Source of the DNA: Chlamydiota bacterium
GTDB lineage: Bacteria; Chlamydiota; Chlamydiia; Chlamydiales; RGXB01
Assembly (NCBI GenBank): GCA_947494155.1
Contig: CANLTW010000024.1
Location: 1-12,669 of the forward strand
Length of the DNA: 12,669 nucleotides
Direction of reading: 5' to 3'
Position 1 is the stretch's first letter, and every line of letters starts with the position of its first letter. The translations under genes were made by a program, and so were the position numbers. The notes beneath the pieces are model-generated. The model did not search any database. It was not told the DNA's origin and saw only the letters and a list, made by a program, of their open reading frames with translations. Of the stretch, positions 8,351 through 12,669 are shown piece by piece.

Positions 8351-8512
8351 ATGGTAAGAATCAGCAAACAACAAGAAAGACGCTCCGTTTCTCCTCGTAA
8401 ACTTGCGTACAAACGCAAGATCACTACAGGCGCCCTTCCTCAAAAAGAGTTGAAGAGCAAAGTGAACGCGATCCAAAACGGTAATATCGCAGCTTTCATC
8501 CCTCAACTTTAA
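8351..8512 (+). CDS. Small basic protein, CT421.1-like, 53 aa; not in ORF track
   Basis: Hand translation: MVRISKQQERRSVSPRKLAYKRKITTGALPQKELKSKVNAIQNGNIAAFIPQL*. The M.R.SKQ..RR..SP.K N-terminus, FIP near the C-terminus, size and position match chlamydial CT421.1 as recalled. Confidence 0.8.
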   Translation: MVRISKQQERRSVSPRKLAYKRKITTGALPQKELKSKVNAIQNGNIAAFIPQL

Positions 8513-8535
8513 CGCTTAATAGATAGGCTTTTAAG

Positions 8536-8688
8536 ATGTCAAAACACACAAGTTACGGGAAACGTTTTCAAGCTCAAGGGGCTAAAACCGTACTCCCAAG
8601 ATACGATAGAATCGCTATCCTCAAAAAAGAGGGTCGTCTCGATAAAGATAGCCATAAAGTAACAGGCTTACCAAAAACTAGGTCTTAG
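8536..8688 (+). CDS. PVC superphylum signature protein (small basic protein, CT421.2-like), 50 aa; not in ORF track
   Basis: Hand translation: MSKHTSYGKRFQAQGAKTVLPRYDRIAILKKEGRLDKDSHKVTGLPKTRS*. Matches MS.H.S.G...VL.R..R...L...GR......V.GLPK. The stop abuts the ybeY GTG. Confidence 0.92.
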   Translation: MSKHTSYGKRFQAQGAKTVLPRYDRIAILKKEGRLDKDSHKVTGLPKTRS

Positions 8689-9138
8689 GTGAACATCGAG
8701 GTTTTCGATAACCAAAGATCCCTCACGGTTTCTCAAGAAAGGGTAGTCCACGCTGTGGAGGCTACCCTTAATTTTCTTAGGATCACCACCGATTTTTTAA
8801 CTGTACACCTGGTTTCAAAACAACGAATTAAAGAGTTGCACGCTCAACTTTTTAATGACATGACCATTACCGATTGCATCACTCAACCCTTTGACCCTCC
8901 TAATCAACTTAAAACCCCCCATTTTCTTGGCGAGGTGTTTATTTGCCCATGGGTAGCTAAGACGTATGCCGAAAAAAGGGGCCTCGACCCTTACGATGAA
9001 CTTTTGCTCTACCTAGTACACACTCTGCTCCACCTCAGCGGGCTGGAGGATACAAGTACAGAGAAGGCAGCAAAAATGCGTGTTGCAGAAAAAAAAGTAT
9101 TAGAGCATCTAAAGAGTAAAAACATCCACCTGAAATGA
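8689..9138 (+). CDS. ybeY: rRNA maturation endoribonuclease YbeY
   Basis: TDCIT, LGEVFICP, ELLLYLVHTLLHLSGLED (HxxxHxxGxxD variant), MRVAE. Followed by a CBS/CorC gene, a common arrangement. Confidence 0.92.
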   Translation: MNIEVFDNQRSLTVSQERVVHAVEATLNFLRITTDFLTVHLVSKQRIKELHAQLFNDMTITDCITQPFDPPNQLKTPHFLGEVFICPWVAKTYAEKRGLDPYDELLLYLVHTLLHLSGLEDTSTEKAAKMRVAEKKVLEHLKSKNIHLK

Positions 9139-10460
9139 TTGCATTAATACTACTATCCTCGCTATTTCTTTTAGGCTCTATATCCCTTGCGGCTATCATG
9201 ACGGCTATCGCAAAAATAGGGTACCTGGAATTCAAAGAGGCAATCAAACGGCACCCCTACACTTTCTTTATTCTCCACTTAATCCAAAAGACCAATAAAG
9301 AGGATCGACTTGATGAGGTTTTAAACTTCATTTCTCAGACGCATCAGATAGTAAAGCTTAGTTTTGGCATCTGTAGCTCTCTGCTTTTTGTGACATTACC
9401 CTGGTTTAGCCAGTTTATTAGTGAAGGGGCAGAAGGTGTCGAGTTCAAAGCCATTTTCATTCTTACAACTCTCTTTTTTTTACTGGCTCTTACAACTGTT
9501 TTGGATACTCTAACCCATATCCTCACCTCCCTTGTCCCCTACTCGGTCCTTAAGGCGCTCTCTTGGATGGCCTACATTTTTTTAGTGGTGCTCTACCCGA
9601 TTGTTCTTTTTACGCTGAAAATTCAACGCAAGCTCTCAAAGGGTGAGGACCTCTCGTCAGCTGCTGGTGCCGGGGTGCGCTTTCGTCGCCGACTGATTGA
9701 GCTTTTGGATGAGACCGATAGCGAAAAAAGTTTGGATGACGAGGGGCAAAAAATCATGATTGCCATCTCCAATTTGGGGACTAGACTCTGTAAGGAGGTA
9801 ATGATCCCAAGAGTCAATATCACCTCTTTGAATGAGAGCACCTCCTTTAAAGAGGCGGCCGAGATTTTTCTCAAAGAGAACTATAGCCGCATCCCTATCT
9901 ATCATACTACACCCGACGATATTATAGGCGTTGTCCATTTCAAAGACGTTTTCGGAAGGCTCTATGAAAAAAAAGAGGGGGTTGTCAAAGATCTTGTGAG
10001 ACCGGTTCTTTTTGCACCCGAGACAAAAAAAATCTCCACTCTTTTAAAAGAATTTCAAAAAAAACAGATCCATATGGCCATTATCCTGGACGAGTATGGT
10101 GGTACTGAGGGCCTTATCACTGTCGAAGATATTCTTGAAGAGATCGTCGGAGACATTTTCGACGAATACGATCACGATGAGATTGTGCATAAAGTCGACA
10201 CCAATGCGGATGGCTCATTTTTAGTTGACGCTAAGATGAACCTTGTAGATGTGGAAGCCATTACGGGAATCGTATTTCCGAAACTAGTCGAGTACGATAC
10301 ACTAGGCGGATTCATCTACCACAAAGCGGGAACTATACCCGAAATAGGCTACAAAATCTTTTTAGATAATTTCTCTTTAGAGGTGATTAAAGGGAGCGAG
10401 AGGGTCATCGATAAAGTAAGGCTTACCCCCAACCCTCAAGCCGAAAATTTTTACGATTAA
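9135..10460 (+). CDS. Hemolysin-family / CorB-CorC (TlyC-like) CBS-pair membrane protein
   Basis: N-terminal TM region, then EVMIPRVNI, YSRIPIY, IIGVVHFKD, HMAIILDEYGGTEGLITVEDILEEIVGDIFDEYD, and a CorC_HlyC domain (DTLGGFI). Confidence 0.92.
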   Translation: MIALILLSSLFLLGSISLAAIMTAIAKIGYLEFKEAIKRHPYTFFILHLIQKTNKEDRLDEVLNFISQTHQIVKLSFGICSSLLFVTLPWFSQFISEGAEGVEFKAIFILTTLFFLLALTTVLDTLTHILTSLVPYSVLKALSWMAYIFLVVLYPIVLFTLKIQRKLSKGEDLSSAAGAGVRFRRRLIELLDETDSEKSLDDEGQKIMIAISNLGTRLCKEVMIPRVNITSLNESTSFKEAAEIFLKENYSRIPIYHTTPDDIIGVVHFKDVFGRLYEKKEGVVKDLVRPVLFAPETKKISTLLKEFQKKQIHMAIILDEYGGTEGLITVEDILEEIVGDIFDEYDHDEIVHKVDTNADGSFLVDAKMNLVDVEAITGIVFPKLVEYDTLGGFIYHKAGTIPEIGYKIFLDNFSLEVIKGSERVIDKVRLTPNPQAENFYD

Positions 10461-10552
10461 GCCGAAAAGAAAATTCTTTTTTTCAGAACACGTTTTTTTT
10501 ACCTCCTTATCCTAAATAGGCATGAACCCTTTTTGGACATCCTTCTTAAAAG

Positions 10553-10582
10553 TTGACATGAGGGGAAAACTCTTGTTATACT
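10553..10582 (+). promoter_or_regulatory. Near-consensus sigma66/sigma70 promoter with extended -10
   Basis: TTGACA (10553-10558), 18 nt spacer, TG-T-TATACT (hexamer 10577-10582), 30 nt before ATG 10613. AGGA SD-like site upstream of the ATG. Confidence 0.8.
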
Positions 10583-10612
10583 CGGGGCTTATTTTTTCTT
10601 TAGGATACCTTC

Positions 10613-12361
10613 ATGGCCCGTGCCGTCACATTCGTTGAACCGAAACAAATATCAGCCGGAACAAAAGCCTCCTTTCGCTTCCTTTTTGTTACCGACATAG
10701 CTCTTCCACAAAAAAGTTTGATTCGCTTTGATCTTGGTATAAATGACCCTGAAAAGGATTTTGAAATCCCTACAACCAATCTCAAAGAACAACAAAACTG
10801 TATCTGGTTAAGCTTAAGCGACGGCAAAGTCATTGAAGGGAAGCAAAAAAAGGATCTTGAAGGGAAACCCGTATTCGATTTCGTTCTCCCGAAAATGCTT
10901 GAGGTGGGCGAAAAACTCATGATCGTTTTAGGCTCCCAAATAGCAGAAAAAGCGAAAGATTTCGGAACGCGCGCACCGCTTAAAGCACAACGAAAGCGCC
11001 CGATCCACCTCTTCATCGATCCCAAAGGGAAAGGGGATTTTAACGAACCCTATACTTTCACACTGGACATTAAAGGTGCTGAATTAAAAAACATCCGTAT
11101 TCTGGCCCCCTCTTTGGTCTCCAGAAATCAGCGATTCGATGTGGTAGTCCGTTTTGAGGACCAGTACTCTAATCTCACATCAAATGCCCCTCCAGATACC
11201 CTTATCGAGTTTTCCCACGACAGGTTGCGCGATAACCTCAAAATGCGCCTATTCGTCTCCGAGTCGGGGGTAACCTGTCTACCTAACCTCTATTTTAATG
11301 AACCGGGTGTCTATCGTTTGAGTTTCAAGAATACACTCACCTCGGAAGTTACCCTCTCCCACCCAATTTTCTGCCAGGCAGAAGAGGGGGATCAGGCATT
11401 TTACGGCTCTTTTCAAGGGATGCGCCCCATCGAATCGTTAGACCAGGTGGAATACCTACTCAGAGAGGCCCGCGATACCGAGCATCTCCAATTCTTCTCC
11501 CTCTCTCCTCAAGATTCTGAAACAGAGACAAGCAACGAGCTTTGGAAAGAGATTCAAACCTACAGCGCCGAATTTAATGAAGAAGACCGTTTTGTTACAT
11601 TCTTAGGCTTTACCTACAATACCCAAGAGCCTCAAGAGGGCTCAAAAATCCTCCTTTTTTCTAAGGATCAAAAACCGATCTACCGCAAAAAAGAGACCAA
11701 GACCTCCTCGCTCTCAAAAATTTTGAAAGCGCATATCCCCAAGGATCTTTTTGTTATTAGCCTTGACCCCTCGAATAAGTTGGTAGAGGAGTTTGAAAAA
11801 GGGGTGGTCTATCGCCCGTCTAAACATAAAGAGATTTTCAAGCTTTACGACGAGGGTAAAAGATTCGCTCTCATCGGCGAGGATCTTACCTGTATTTTGG
11901 CCAACCAGCTCAATCGGGACACTTTAATCACTGCAATAGAAAATCGGAAAACCTTCGCCTCCGTTCATGGTCGTATGTTAGCCCAATTTTCCATAGCAAC
12001 CCAGCCGATAGGTTCTGTATTGACTACAAAATTGAGACCCGGACTGATGTACGTGCGTCATCTCAAAGGCTTTATTGCGGGAAACAAACCTTTCAAAGAG
12101 TTGACGATCTATCGCAATGACCAAGCGATCATCACCCTCAAGAATCTCGATTCTTTTGTGGAATTTGAAGAGTACGATGAATCCAAACTAGATCAGGCTT
12201 TGATTCATGAGGCGAATGGGGTCAAGTTCTGCTATTATTACCTCAAGGCTATTCAAGAAGATGGCGCCTATCTTATCACTTCCCCTATCTTTATTGAGGA
12301 TAACGAACATCATGAGACCGAAGAGGTCGTTCAAAAAAAGAAGGTAGTAGCTAAAAAATAG
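10613..12361 (+). CDS. Chlamydial conserved protein, CT425-like (DUF3604 / PHP-like domain, apparently degenerate)
   Basis: Beta-rich N-terminus with RFDVVVRFEDQYSNLT, LPNLYFNEPGVYRL and FNEEDRFVTFLGF, recognised from memory as CT425-family segments. Syntenic position after the CBS gene. Confidence 0.75.
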   Translation: MARAVTFVEPKQISAGTKASFRFLFVTDIALPQKSLIRFDLGINDPEKDFEIPTTNLKEQQNCIWLSLSDGKVIEGKQKKDLEGKPVFDFVLPKMLEVGEKLMIVLGSQIAEKAKDFGTRAPLKAQRKRPIHLFIDPKGKGDFNEPYTFTLDIKGAELKNIRILAPSLVSRNQRFDVVVRFEDQYSNLTSNAPPDTLIEFSHDRLRDNLKMRLFVSESGVTCLPNLYFNEPGVYRLSFKNTLTSEVTLSHPIFCQAEEGDQAFYGSFQGMRPIESLDQVEYLLREARDTEHLQFFSLSPQDSETETSNELWKEIQTYSAEFNEEDRFVTFLGFTYNTQEPQEGSKILLFSKDQKPIYRKKETKTSSLSKILKAHIPKDLFVISLDPSNKLVEEFEKGVVYRPSKHKEIFKLYDEGKRFALIGEDLTCILANQLNRDTLITAIENRKTFASVHGRMLAQFSIATQPIGSVLTTKLRPGLMYVRHLKGFIAGNKPFKELTIYRNDQAIITLKNLDSFVEFEEYDESKLDQALIHEANGVKFCYYYLKAIQEDGAYLITSPIFIEDNEHHETEEVVQKKKVVAKK

Positions 12362-12378
12362 CCCCCCCCTTTGGATGT

Positions 12379-12430
12379 ACCTACCGAACGTGGCTCAGAG
12401 CTCTTTTCTTTTGAACCACGTCCGGCAAAC
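12379..12430 (-). other. Strand-specific 19-bp RNA hairpin in the 3' UTR of the convergent minus-strand gene
   Basis: Minus strand GUUUGCCGGACGUGGUUCA pairs with UGAGCCACGUUCGGUAGGU: 13 Watson-Crick plus 6 G-U pairs, 14-nt purine-rich loop. On the + strand those six positions are A/C mismatches. Confidence 0.65.
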
Positions 12431-12465
12431 CTGTTTAATCTTTTTCATAAACAAACAATAACTTT

Positions 12466-12495
12466 AGTCTAAAAGAGGTTTTTTAGATTTTTTTT
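12466..12495 (+). terminator. Weak AU-rich intrinsic terminator candidate for the + strand run
   Basis: AGTCTAAAAG-AGGT-TTTTTAGATT stem-loop (two G-U pairs) followed by six T. Confidence 0.35.
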
Positions 12496-12668
12496 GTACT
12501 ATTCAACCCTTTTTTTTTAAAAAAACACTGAAAAAAATCGCAACAATTCCTATTTTCGACCCCTATTTTTTGGTCTGTTTCCTCCAAAAGGGGTCCGGGT
12601 GTATTTTCTTTTGTAGTTATAGGCTCTATATCCATGGAATTCAAAGCTTCGGGGGGGGGTACCGAAAG
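12483..12668 (-). CDS. 3' end of a convergent gene of unknown function, open to window edge; not in ORF track
   Basis: 61 stop-free codons from the window edge to TAA at 12485-12483: ...LSVPPPEALNSMDIEPITTKENTPGPLLEETDQKIGVENRNCCDFFQCFFKKKGLNSTKKI*. The downstream hairpin folds on the same strand. It could instead be a 50-aa ORF from ATG 12635. Confidence 0.6.
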   Translation of the reverse strand, partial: LSVPPPEALNSMDIEPITTKENTPGPLLEETDQKIGVENRNCCDFFQCFFKKKGLNSTKKI

Positions 12669-12669
12669 G

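Noticed and set aside
10438..10468. Direct repeat AAGCCGAAAA x2 (21-nt period), resembling a sigma28 -10 box
   Set aside because: No TAAA -35 at the proper spacing, only two copies, and one lies within coding sequence.
1038..11025. Short alternative-frame and antisense ORFs in the track (e.g. 1282-1566, 7431-7724, 8324-8506, 10600-11025)
   Set aside because: All overlap well-supported + strand genes and show no recognisable motifs. 8324-8506 is the antisense shadow of the CT421.1-like gene.
12362..12595. Long-range pairing (CCCCTTTGGA with TCCAAAAGGGG) suggesting 6S RNA, tmRNA or a riboswitch
   Set aside because: The strong hairpin is not central as in 6S, there are no tmRNA, SRP or riboswitch consensus motifs, and the distal arm lies in the minus-strand reading frame.
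12632..12663. Cluster of NcoI, EcoRI, HindIII and KpnI sites resembling a polylinker
   Set aside because: It does not match a vector polylinker I recognise and reads through as codons of the minus-strand ORF. A UniVec screen would settle it.
12634..12669. Plus-strand ORF start MEFKASGGGTER with a G9 tract (possible phase variation)
   Set aside because: Only 12 codons are visible. The longer open minus-strand frame explains G9 as Pro-Pro-Pro.
1..12669. Mobile elements, CRISPR arrays, tRNA/rRNA, defence or toxin-antitoxin systems
   Set aside because: No transposase, integrase or cas motifs, no repeat-spacer periodicity and no tRNA-like folds seen. The two small ORFs are better explained as conserved chlamydial proteins than as a toxin-antitoxin pair.

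Overview
Compact housekeeping region of a member of the Chlamydiota (PVC superphylum), probably an environmental lineage. Taxonomy is inferred from a PVC signature protein and from two gene blocks matching Chlamydia trachomatis gene order as I recall it (rpmG-permease-lolD, CT150-152; DUF502-CT421.1-CT421.2-ybeY-CBS-CT425, CT421-425). Fifteen genes run co-directionally on the + strand from 81 to 12361: rpmG, LolC/E/F-type permease, lolD, MreD-like, SuhB/IMPase, folD, rnr, two tandem DUF502 paralogs, holC, two small basic proteins, ybeY, a CBS/CorC protein and a CT425/DUF3604-like protein. Four coding regions missing from the ORF track were found by reading the sequence: L33 (81-245), a CT421.1-like protein (8351-8512), the PVC signature protein (8536-8688) and the 3' end of a convergent minus-strand gene (12483 to window end) with a Cys/aromatic/polybasic tail. 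A 19-bp hairpin that folds fully only on the minus strand lies just downstream of that gene. I see no mobile element, CRISPR array, rRNA or tRNA, and no clearly new multi-gene system. The best leads are a possible ribosome-maturation module (small basic proteins, YbeY, RNase R, SuhB, L33), several internally shortened or motif-degenerate proteins, the DUF502 duplication, and the effector-like tail with its RNA hairpin. Family assignments come from motif recognition; no searches were run.
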